A stretch of 24,000 nucleotides of DNA from contig NZ_JANQOP010000103.1 in assembly GCF_028285745.1 (NCBI RefSeq), positions 1 to 24,000 on the forward strand, in the 5' to 3' direction. Source of the stretch: Acaryochloris sp. IP29b_bin.137 (GTDB taxonomy: Bacteria > Cyanobacteriota > Cyanobacteriia > Thermosynechococcales > Thermosynechococcaceae). Positions 7,913-16,485 of the stretch are shown here, one piece after another. Position 1 is the first letter of the stretch, and each line of letters begins with the position of its first letter. The position numbers and the translations under genes were made by a program. A model generated the notes under the pieces. That model ran no database searches. It saw only the letters and a program-made list of their open reading frames with translations, and was not told where the DNA came from.

Positions 7913-10648
7913 TCATGATTGTGATGGATCAATCCAGTTAGCCAGGGCTGCCATCGGTAGCATGGGCAACATCGGCAACAAGCAAATAAGCCACTGCATC
8001 CAGGTTAAGGGCGCGGTCTCAAAAAGCTGATTCATTACAGTCCACTGGCTGAAAAGGAGTTGGAGAGCAATCGCTCCAACTATTCCCATGACCAAGATGG
8101 GCGCATGGATAATCGACACGGTTCGATGGCGAAGAGAGTGGAACAGACTGAGCCCTAGCTGGCTAATACTCAGAAGATAGACAATGCGAGCGGCCACGAG
8201 CGCTTGGATCGCCATTGTTCGAGCTACTGTAATATCCCCCGTGGTGGATTTAGCCCACTCAAACAGACCGAAAATCAGAATCCAGTTAAAGAGGGAAACC
8301 ACCAAAATTCGACGCAATAACTTCCCTGTAATTAAGGGTTCGTTGGGATTTCGAGGGGGATGTTGCATCAACCCATTGGCCTTCGGCTCAAAGGCTAAAG
8401 GTACTGTCATGGTCAGGGAGTTGATCAGGTTTAGCCATAGAATCTGGAGCGAGAGAATGGGCAAATCTCGGGCGAGCAGGGCACTAATCAAAATGGTCAT
8501 CGATTCACCGCCATTGACGGGTAACAGAAATGCGATCGCTTTTCGCAAATTCTGATAGACGGTACGCCCCTCTTCTACCGCCGCCTCAACGGAGGCAAAA
8601 TTATCGTCTGTCAGCAGCATATCTGCCGCTTCTCGCGCCACTTCTGTGCCCCCTTTACCCATCGCAGTTCCAATATCAGCTTGCTTAAGGGCTGGCGCAT
8701 CATTGACGCCATCCCCGGTCATGGCGACGATTTCACCGTTTGCCTGAAGTGCTTCAACCAATCGCAGCTTTTGGGTCGGCGCAATTCTGGCAAACACGTC
8801 TCCCTCTTCAACCGCCTGAGCCAGTTGCTGATCATCCATGCTGGCTAATTGCCGCCCTTCAAAAGCCACCACTGGTCCGGCTTTCTGGATCCCCATCCGC
8901 TGGGCAATGGTCCGAGCCGTGGCAATATGGTCTCCAGTAATCATTTTCACTTGAATACCAGCAGCCTGGCAGGCATGAACTGCAGCAATCGCCTCTGGGC
9001 GAGGGGGGTCAATCATGCCCTGTAAGCCTAGAAAAATAAGGTCTGTTTCGATGTCTTCATGATCAATGGAATGTTGATGGGCACGGGCTTCCTTTTTAGC
9101 AAAGGCAAGAACCCGCAACCCTTTTTCTGTCATCTTTCTGACTGTTTTCTCAATTTCTGCGGAGTCGAGGGGGGGCTTTTGATTATCGCGTCCCATCATT
9201 TGGGAGCATCGACTCAAAAGCGCCTCGACCGATCCTTTGACATAAATGATGGGGGAAACTGGATCATGCAAAGTTGCCATATATTGATATTGCGATTCAA
9301 AGGGAATCGCATCCAACCGGGGGATTGAAGCCGTCAAACTAGACTGGCTGAGGCTAGCTTTGGCGGCTGCCGTGATCAATGCACCCTCCGTAGGGTCGCC
9401 AACAACGGACCAATCCTCTCCCGTTTGTTTGAGCTGGGAGTCATTGCAGAGCAATCCAGCGATCAGACACTCCTTCAAGGTCGGAGGTAGCTCATCTTCA
9501 AGTGGACTCACGGGATTACGGACTGTTAAGCAAATATCTCCTTTGGGACTATAGCCACTCCCACTCACCCGGTAGATTTCTCCGCCGGCATAAATCGCCT
9601 GGACCGTCATTTGATTTTCCGTGAGCGTTCCCGTTTTATCGGAGCAAATCACGGTTGCCCCCCCTAACGCCTCAACGGCTGGAAGTTTGCGAATAATAGC
9701 GTGACGGCGTGCCATCCGATTGACGCCAATGGCCAAGGTAATCGTGACGACCGCAGGTAACCCTTCTGGAATCGCACTGACTGCTAGAGCAACGGCAGCC
9801 TCAAACATATCAATCCAAGACTCCCCTTGCCCCAACCCAATGGCAAAGGTGAGGGTTGCCAGGGTCAAAATACCGTAGAGCAAAATGCGACTAAACTTGG
9901 CAAATTTGCGGGTTAGGGGCGTACTGAGGTTGACCCGCTGCACCATGGATTGAGAAATTTGCCCGACTTCTGTTGCAGCTCCTGTGGCGACCACCACTCC
10001 GGTTCCCTGCCCAAAGGTGACAAAGCTGCCCGCATAGGCCATATTGGTCCGTTCTGCCAGGGAAATATCTGCTGGTAGGGGTTGGATCGATTTGTCCACA
10101 GGGACAGATTCTCCCGTCAGGGCTGACTCATCGGCCTGTAAATTTTTGATGTTGATGAGTCGCATATCGGCTGGAACTTTATCACCGGATGCCAGCATCA
10201 CAATATCTCCGGGGACTAACTCTCGTGAGGGAATGCGCAACGTTTGTCCATCGCGGAGAACAGTCGTTTCCGTGATGACGGCCTTGGCTAAGGAGGCGAT
10301 TGCGCCCTCTGCCTTTGCTTCTTGCATATAGCCAATTCCGGCATTAATGACCGTCACGCTCCAAATCACGGCTGCGTTCGTCCATGATCCTAAAAATGCC
10401 TTAACGCCCCCTGCAATGAGCAGAATATAGAGAAGCGGCTGATGAAATTGCAGCAGAAATCTAAGCCAAGCCGGTTTCCCGGGCTTGGTGGGAAGCTGAT
10501 TCCAGCCATAGATTTCATAGCGATGGGTCACTGCTTCTGCCGTTAACCCCCTTTTGGCATCGCTATCGAAGCAATCAATAGATTCCTGAGCCGAAAGCTC
10601 ATGTTCAGAGCGAGATGACTCCTCAACTGGCTCCATAATGTTTAGCAT
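7913..10648 (-). CDS. P-type (E1-E2) cation-transporting ATPase, P2/SERCA-PacL-like architecture
   Basis: 911-aa ORF with TGES, PEGLP (TM4), the phosphorylation site CSDKTGTLT, KGSVE, MITGDH and TGDGVNDAPALK. It also has an N-terminal Cation_ATPase_N-like segment and about 10 hydrophobic helices. Confidence 0.95.
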   Translation of the reverse strand: MLNIMEPVEESSRSEHELSAQESIDCFDSDAKRGLTAEAVTHRYEIYGWNQLPTKPGKPAWLRFLLQFHQPLLYILLIAGGVKAFLGSWTNAAVIWSVTVINAGIGYMQEAKAEGAIASLAKAVITETTVLRDGQTLRIPSRELVPGDIVMLASGDKVPADMRLINIKNLQADESALTGESVPVDKSIQPLPADISLAERTNMAYAGSFVTFGQGTGVVVATGAATEVGQISQSMVQRVNLSTPLTRKFAKFSRILLYGILTLATLTFAIGLGQGESWIDMFEAAVALAVSAIPEGLPAVVTITLAIGVNRMARRHAIIRKLPAVEALGGATVICSDKTGTLTENQMTVQAIYAGGEIYRVSGSGYSPKGDICLTVRNPVSPLEDELPPTLKECLIAGLLCNDSQLKQTGEDWSVVGDPTEGALITAAAKASLSQSSLTASIPRLDAIPFESQYQYMATLHDPVSPIIYVKGSVEALLSRCSQMMGRDNQKPPLDSAEIEKTVRKMTEKGLRVLAFAKKEARAHQHSIDHEDIETDLIFLGLQGMIDPPRPEAIAAVHACQAAGIQVKMITGDHIATARTIAQRMGIQKAGPVVAFEGRQLASMDDQQLAQAVEEGDVFARIAPTQKLRLVEALQANGEIVAMTGDGVNDAPALKQADIGTAMGKGGTEVAREAADMLLTDDNFASVEAAVEEGRTVYQNLRKAIAFLLPVNGGESMTILISALLARDLPILSLQILWLNLINSLTMTVPLAFEPKANGLMQHPPRNPNEPLITGKLLRRILVVSLFNWILIFGLFEWAKSTTGDITVARTMAIQALVAARIVYLLSISQLGLSLFHSLRHRTVSIIHAPILVMGIVGAIALQLLFSQWTVMNQLFETAPLTWMQWLICLLPMLPMLPMAALANWIDPSQS

Positions 10649-10679
10649 CGTAGATGGTTCCCCGATGAAGGCACTGCTT

Positions 10680-11183
10680 CTAAGTGGCGTTGCCTTGAAC
10701 GACTAGTACTGAGCAGGGGGCATGGTGCAACACATAATTGCTGACACTGCCCAGAAATAACTCTGCCAGGCCGGAGTGGCCTTGGCGTCCCATGGCAATG
10801 ACATCAACTTGCCACTCATTCGCTAGGGCACAAATTTGATACCCTGGTTCTCCAAAAACAGCCTCACAGGTCACTGGTACGCCTTGTTGAGTAGCATGCT
10901 GGTAATACTCCAGTAGCCACTCATTCGCCTGTTCAATCTGAGCCTCCCATTTTTGCTGAGCAAATTGCAGATCAGCATCATCATAGGGAGTAAAATAACC
11001 GGCACTTTTTGATGTTCCCTTTGGAGAAGCCGTCAATAAACTCGAGCGCTTGATTGACGTTTCCACACAGTGAAGGAGATATAGTTTTGCTGTGTGAAGT
11101 TGAGCTATTTCTAAGGCCTGCTCAAAAACAATTCCCCCCAAGGAAGAGGTGTCAATGGCTACCAGAATGCGGTCATAACTCAT
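10680..11183 (-). CDS. Universal stress protein (UspA family)
   Basis: 167 aa. Motifs are 'RILVAID.S', 'LYLLHCV', and the C-terminal ATP-binding-type 'DVIAMGRQGHSGLAELFLGSVSNYVLHHAPCSVLVV'. It ends 31 bp upstream of the ATPase start on the same strand. Confidence 0.9.
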   Translation of the reverse strand: MSYDRILVAIDTSSLGGIVFEQALEIAQLHTAKLYLLHCVETSIKRSSLLTASPKGTSKSAGYFTPYDDADLQFAQQKWEAQIEQANEWLLEYYQHATQQGVPVTCEAVFGEPGYQICALANEWQVDVIAMGRQGHSGLAELFLGSVSNYVLHHAPCSVLVVQGNAT

Positions 11184-11602
11184 AAAAACCCTCCAGCTTT
11201 TAATATAAAATGCTTGACGACTCCAGAATTATTAGTCCCAGAACGATAGGGGGCAGGGTTCTGTAGTAGAAGATATGGGTGATAAGAGAGCGATGATCTT
11301 CTGACTAAGCTCCATAAACAAGGCAATAGCGGTCACACACAAAATAAACGCCAACGTCAGCATTGCAATCTCCCAACTGGATATAAGGCCAGCTTGTAGA
11401 CTATCAACAGGTTGTGGCGGGGGTGTGTCAGAACGACCGAACTATTGTGTCGTCGCAGATCCGGTAAAGAGAAGTGAAAACTGCCAGTGACGTTCGATGC
11501 CCAACTGACAATCGACTCTGATGGTTTCCCTTGGCGTTCTCCTTAGGGTTGGGCGATGGCGAACCCGTATCCCATTCCACCAGAATTGATGGGGGGCAAG
11601 GC

Positions 11603-11618
11603 GGTTGCGATCGCAACC
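11603..11618. repeat. HIP1 (GCGATCGC) embedded in a 16-nt perfect palindrome
   Basis: GGTTGCGATCGCAACC read directly from the sequence. It is one of seven exact HIP1 octamers in the window. Confidence 0.9.
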
Positions 11619-11780
11619 ATCGATCCAACCCTGAAGGAAAATCGCCACGGTTCAGATATCATGGAATGTCTTCAAAATAGAAGCATTCATCTTGTACGCC
11701 AGCCGTTTACCTCTCTCTAGTTCCAGAACTAAAGAACAACGCTCGTTAACGTCTCACTACCGCAAGCCGTAAAACATGCC

Positions 11781-13229
11781 ATGTCCATTGACCATCCCCG
11801 AAACACCAATCCACCCGATCCACCCGTGTTCAGCCCACAAAATCCTTGGGTACAAGGTCGCTTGCTGGAATTAGACATTCTCGATCTCAGTCCCACCGGA
11901 GATGGAGTCGGGCGATGGGGGGCACAGAATCAGGTCGTTTTCGTCCCAAACACCGTTCCGGGTGATCGCATTCAGGCTCGACTGGTTCGTGTCAAACCCC
12001 GTTATGCCCATGGTCAACTCCACGCGATTATTCAGCCTTCGCCGCATCGAGTTAGACCCCACTGTATGGTTGCCGATAAATGTGGCGGGTGTCAGTGGCA
12101 ACCGGTCGCTTATGCTTATCAACTCGTAGCCAAGCAAAATCAGGTCGTTCAGGCACTGGAAAGAATCGGACAGTTCCCCTCTCCCAACGTTGATGCCGTA
12201 CTTGCAGCAGAGTCTCCCCTAGGCTATCGAAACAAAGTGACCTATCCTGTCATTTTTAGTCCCAATTCCCAACGGGTCCAGGCAGGCTACTACCGAAAAG
12301 GCAGCCACAAATTAATCAACCTTAACCAATGTCCCGTTCAAGATCCACAATTTGATCCGTTCTTGGCAGAAATCAAAACAGATGTTCAACAACAAGGTTG
12401 GTCCATTTATAACGAACAAAATCATCAGGGTTTAATTCGCCATCTTTCGCTGCGCATTGGTCGTCGAACCGGAGAAATTTTGATGACACTTATCATCAAT
12501 GCCAAGCCCAGTCAGGCGTCTCAACTTTTAGCTAATTTTGAAGCGCAAGCCCAGAAATGGTTAGAGCATTATCCCCAGCTCGTGGGAGTTTGCCTCAATT
12601 TCAATTCGCACCGCACTAATCGCATCTTTGGCAAAGACACGGTTAACATTGTGGGTCGCAACTATTTATATGAGACCTTTGCCGGGCTGACGTTTCAACT
12701 GCGACCCGATACCTTCTTCCAGGTCCATACTGAGCAAGCGGAAGTCCTGCTCAAAACGCTCTGTGCCCACCTCCAACTCACAGGTACCGAACAGGTCGTA
12801 GATGTTTATTGCGGTATCGGCACCTTAACACTTCCTTTAGCCCGACAGGTTAAAGAGATTATTGGCATTGAAGCGCAAGCAGCAGCGATTGACCAAGCCG
12901 AAACTAATACGGCTCTTAATGACATTACGAATGCCACGTTTCGCGTTGGTGCTGCTAAAGATTGCCTAAAAGAGCTTCCTTTTACCCCCGACCTCGTCAT
13001 CTTAGACCCGCCCCGCAAAGGCTGTCATCAGAGTGTCCTTGAGCAATTACTCGCCATTTCGCCTCAGCGCATTGTTTATGTTAGTTGCCACCCAGCAACC
13101 CTGGCTCGAGATTTGAACCGATTGTGTCAATCAGGACCGTATGACCTGAACCGGGTGCAACCCGTCGATTTTTTCCCCCAAACCTCTCATGTGGAATGTG
13201 TGGCGTTCCTCCATAGGTCCGCTTCATGA
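11781..13229 (+). CDS. rlmD: 23S rRNA (uracil-C5)-methyltransferase, RumA/RlmD family
   Basis: TRAM-like N-terminus (GDGVGRW...VVFVPNTVPGD). Cys cluster for the 4Fe-4S site (C...CGGCQWQ). SAM-binding 'VVDVYCGIGTLTLPLA', 'ILDPPRKG', and a catalytic-Cys context 'IVYVSCHPATLARD'. Confidence 0.9.
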   Translation: MSIDHPRNTNPPDPPVFSPQNPWVQGRLLELDILDLSPTGDGVGRWGAQNQVVFVPNTVPGDRIQARLVRVKPRYAHGQLHAIIQPSPHRVRPHCMVADKCGGCQWQPVAYAYQLVAKQNQVVQALERIGQFPSPNVDAVLAAESPLGYRNKVTYPVIFSPNSQRVQAGYYRKGSHKLINLNQCPVQDPQFDPFLAEIKTDVQQQGWSIYNEQNHQGLIRHLSLRIGRRTGEILMTLIINAKPSQASQLLANFEAQAQKWLEHYPQLVGVCLNFNSHRTNRIFGKDTVNIVGRNYLYETFAGLTFQLRPDTFFQVHTEQAEVLLKTLCAHLQLTGTEQVVDVYCGIGTLTLPLARQVKEIIGIEAQAAAIDQAETNTALNDITNATFRVGAAKDCLKELPFTPDLVILDPPRKGCHQSVLEQLLAISPQRIVYVSCHPATLARDLNRLCQSGPYDLNRVQPVDFFPQTSHVECVAFLHRSAS

Positions 13230-14416
13230 TGGATTCTGTGATCAGCATCGATTGCTTGACCTTCCTGCTTATCAGTATCTTTGTCCTTGGATTTGGCATC
13301 CTCGTGACCCGGACGATCCCTTTACTCAAGGCGTTCAATATTCCCGCTGCAGTAACGGGGGGCCTGCTAGGGTGTGGTCTGGTGAGCTATATCAACCTCT
13401 GTACGTCCTGGCATCTGCGGTTTGATCTGAGTCTGCGCAACCAACTGCTGTTGATCTTCTTCAGCACCATTGGACTCGCGGCTCGATTTAAGCAACTCCA
13501 AGAAGGGGGTAAAACATTGATGGCGGTGATTGGGGCAGTCATCCTATTCTTATTTCTGCAAAATGCAGTCGGGATTTCAGTGGCCTGTCTTGTGGGTTGC
13601 CCCATCATCTATGGATTACTAGGAGGGACAATTGCCTTTGTCGGGGGGCATGGCACAGCCATTACCTGGGGAACGCTGATTGAGCAACAAGGGTGGACAG
13701 GAGCCTTGGAATTCAGCTTGGCTGCAGCCACCTTAGGACTGATCGTCGGCGGATTGTTAGCAGGTCCCATTAGTCAGCATTTAATTCACCGATATGAGCT
13801 GGAATCCATCGCTCCCTCAATTGACGCCACAACAGACACTCCGATAACCATACCTGCCAGTTTGGACGGCATGTTTGGGAGTGTTTTACTTATTGCAACC
13901 TCCCTTGCCCTCGGGTTGGGATTACACCTGCTCACCCTCCATTGGGGCATGGTCTTGCCTCAATTTCTGCCTGTGATGTTGGTGGGCATTCTCTTGATTA
14001 ATCTACTGGACTGGGGAAAGATCAACTTCAACACGGCAGCCTTGTCATTCTGGAACGATGTCAGTCTGCAACTTTTTTTGGTGATGAGTCTGATGAACTT
14101 ACAGATTCTGTCTTGGGCCCATACAGCTGGCCCCTTACTGATCTTGTTAGGTGCCCAAACCCTTTGTGCTGGATTATTTGCTTACTTTGTTGTGTTTTGG
14201 GCAGCGGGTCGTGATTACGACGCTAGCGTGATTTGTGCAGGATTCACGGGGATGGTCTTAGGCGCGATGCCCGTGGGAATGGCCAATATGACCACCTTGA
14301 CCCATCGCTACGGCCCTTCACCTAAAGCATTATTGGTTATCCCCATACTGGGAGCCTGTTGTATGGACATCGCTAATGCGGTCGTGATTCAACTATTTTT
14401 ACTGCTTTCACCATAA
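13226..14416 (+). CDS. gltS: Sodium/glutamate symporter GltS
   Basis: 396-aa polytopic membrane protein. The N-terminus 'LTFLLISIFVLGFGILVTRTIPLLKAFNIPAAVTGGLL' and the overall length and hydrophobicity pattern match the GltS (ESS) family. The start ATG overlaps the rlmD stop (ATGA). Confidence 0.9.
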   Translation: MMDSVISIDCLTFLLISIFVLGFGILVTRTIPLLKAFNIPAAVTGGLLGCGLVSYINLCTSWHLRFDLSLRNQLLLIFFSTIGLAARFKQLQEGGKTLMAVIGAVILFLFLQNAVGISVACLVGCPIIYGLLGGTIAFVGGHGTAITWGTLIEQQGWTGALEFSLAAATLGLIVGGLLAGPISQHLIHRYELESIAPSIDATTDTPITIPASLDGMFGSVLLIATSLALGLGLHLLTLHWGMVLPQFLPVMLVGILLINLLDWGKINFNTAALSFWNDVSLQLFLVMSLMNLQILSWAHTAGPLLILLGAQTLCAGLFAYFVVFWAAGRDYDASVICAGFTGMVLGAMPVGMANMTTLTHRYGPSPKALLVIPILGACCMDIANAVVIQLFLLLSP

Positions 14417-14546
14417 AATCCGACCAAAGTCAGCGGAATGTATCAAAAAATTACACAATATATATTTTGCCCAGGGGTCTCGTAACATTACATAATATTG
14501 GGGGATCATCCACCCACGGTAGCTCACTCCTCAAATTCAATTGACA

Positions 14547-15566
14547 ATGCTTACCAAAGACCTAGAGCAGCAGCAGACTCTTGAGCCCCTGCAGCGTCCT
14601 GCTGACCCTCAAGTCCTAGAGTATCTTTACCAAAAATCTACATCACCCGCTTCCACGGTTGTTCCCTTTGCTGCACTGCTAGCCGCTGTTTGTATTTTGT
14701 CGTTTTCGGCAATTTTCACACGGTTGAGTGAAGTAGAACTGACAGCCAGCGCCACCATCTTCAATCGATTCTGGATTGCTTCCTTAGCCTTAGGAGGTTG
14801 GAGTGGTTTTCAACAATTTCGGCAACCTCGCACCGTAACTGTACCTTCCTCTAAATCACTACAAATGCGTGATTTGGCGTGGTTTCTATGTCTGGGGATT
14901 CTAATCTACGGTCGAGCCGGATCTTGGGCCTGGTCACTCACACAAACGAGTGTGGCAAATTCAAATTTGCTCCATAATATGACGCCTTTGTTTGCGACCC
15001 TGGGTGGATGGTTATTCTTAGGTCATCGCTTCAATCGTCAATTTCTATTGGGGATGGGATTGGCCATCACTGGCGTGTTGATCATCGGTATTGGCGATTG
15101 TCAGGTGGGCTCCAGTGGGCTGATCGGCGACGGTGCCGCATTACTATCAGCTGTTTTCTATGCTGCCAACTTCCTGGTAATTGAGAAATTGCGGGTCAAG
15201 TTTTCCACCCAAACCATTATGTTGTCGTCTTGTGTGGTCACTGGGCTATTGACGGTTCCCATTGTCTTACTGGGAGGAAATCAGCTGTTTCCGACGTCAA
15301 TCACAGTTTGGCTAGCCGTTATTGCCTTGGGTGTGATTAGCCAAGGCGTGGGGCAAAGTCTATTAGCTTACTGTTTGAAGCAATTTACCTCAGGGTTTGT
15401 TTCCGTCTTTATGCTGATGGAACCCCTAATTACCGCTATCCTGGCTTGGCGAATCTTTGCTGAACAGCTCAATTGGCTGAACTGGATTGCCTTTTTTATC
15501 GTTTTAAGTGGGTTATATCTAGCAACAATCAGCAAAGGATCTACAAAATCCAGCTCTATGCATTAA
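14547..15566 (+). CDS. DMT-superfamily transporter (EamA/RhaT-type, two EamA repeats)
   Basis: About 10 hydrophobic helices arranged as two repeats, with an N-terminal soluble extension. ATG at 14547; a TTG two codons upstream at 14541 is the ORF-track start. Confidence 0.83.
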   Translation: MLTKDLEQQQTLEPLQRPADPQVLEYLYQKSTSPASTVVPFAALLAAVCILSFSAIFTRLSEVELTASATIFNRFWIASLALGGWSGFQQFRQPRTVTVPSSKSLQMRDLAWFLCLGILIYGRAGSWAWSLTQTSVANSNLLHNMTPLFATLGGWLFLGHRFNRQFLLGMGLAITGVLIIGIGDCQVGSSGLIGDGAALLSAVFYAANFLVIEKLRVKFSTQTIMLSSCVVTGLLTVPIVLLGGNQLFPTSITVWLAVIALGVISQGVGQSLLAYCLKQFTSGFVSVFMLMEPLITAILAWRIFAEQLNWLNWIAFFIVLSGLYLATISKGSTKSSSMH

Positions 15567-15731
15567 TTTCCTCCATGAACCGATCATATTCAGGTTATGC
15601 TTCGGTTAAAGACCCTTCAGGCCAATGGTTCCCAAGAGATTCAATGTTAGAATCGGCCTGTCGCCATTCCAGCACTCTGTATGCTATCTACTGACCCTAG
15701 TGCTCGCCCTTTTGAGCAGCTTCCCACCACA

Positions 15732-16439
15732 ATGGGGCAGATTCTGTTAGTAGAAGATGAGGAAAATATTCGCGAGACCATCGCCCCTGCTCTACAAAAT
15801 GAAGGCTATCGGGTCATCACTGCCGCTGATGGTCAAACGGCTCTGGATGTGATTCAACTCTTTAAGTCGCGATCGCAACAGGCATCCTCCCTCGATCTGA
15901 TTATTTTGGATATCATGCTTCCCGGCATCAATGGCATTGATCTATGCCGGTTTATCCGCCGTGAGGGTTCGACTGTCCCCGTCCTGATGTTGAGCGCCAA
16001 AGATACGGAAGCTGATCGGGTGGTTGGCCTCGAAGTCGGTGCAGACGATTACCTCACCAAACCCTTTGGCATGCGAGAGTTAGTGGCTCGCTGTCGGGCA
16101 TTGCTGCGCCGCCAGCGATTAAATAATACGGATTCCCAAGGGACCATTCTCACCTGCCGAGAAATTAGTTTGCACCCTGAAGAATGTCGGGTCACGGTTC
16201 GAGGGGAAGAGGTGAGCTTATCACCCAAGGAATTTAGGATTCTAGAATTGTTTATGAGCTACCCCCGTCGAGTGTGGCCCAGAGAGCAAATCCTGGAAAA
16301 AATTTGGGGTCCTGACTATATTGGCGATAGTAAAACGGTAGATGTGCATATCCGCTGGCTACGAGAAAAGATAGAACTTGATCCCAGTAATCCAGATTAT
16401 TTAGTAACCATTAGAGGATTTGGTTATCGGTTCGGTTAA
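15732..16439 (+). CDS. OmpR/PhoB-family two-component response regulator
   Basis: Receiver domain ('ILLVEDEENIRE', 'DLIILDIMLPGINGIDL', 'MLSAKD', 'DDYLTKPF') plus a winged-helix output ('LSPKEFRILELF', 'TVDVHIRWLREKIE', 'IRGFGYRF'). ATG at 15732 is preferred. The ATG at 15681 would add a 17-aa extension. Confidence 0.93.
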   Translation: MGQILLVEDEENIRETIAPALQNEGYRVITAADGQTALDVIQLFKSRSQQASSLDLIILDIMLPGINGIDLCRFIRREGSTVPVLMLSAKDTEADRVVGLEVGADDYLTKPFGMRELVARCRALLRRQRLNNTDSQGTILTCREISLHPEECRVTVRGEEVSLSPKEFRILELFMSYPRRVWPREQILEKIWGPDYIGDSKTVDVHIRWLREKIELDPSNPDYLVTIRGFGYRFG

Positions 16440-16485
16440 ATCCATCCATTGGGGGTAGACTCAGGCTGACACACCGGAGAGATTT

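Noticed and set aside
8184-10331. Several 64-123-aa plus-strand ORFs (8184, 8740, 9059, 9360, 10044)
   Set aside because: All lie antisense within the P-type ATPase gene and have no motifs. They are shadow ORFs.
14524-14537. 'CACTCCTCAAATTC', resembling the Yfr1 sRNA core motif (ACTCCTCACAC)
   Set aside because: The match is inexact, and the site sits a few nt upstream of the EamA start with no flanking hairpins. It is more likely part of the 5' UTR.
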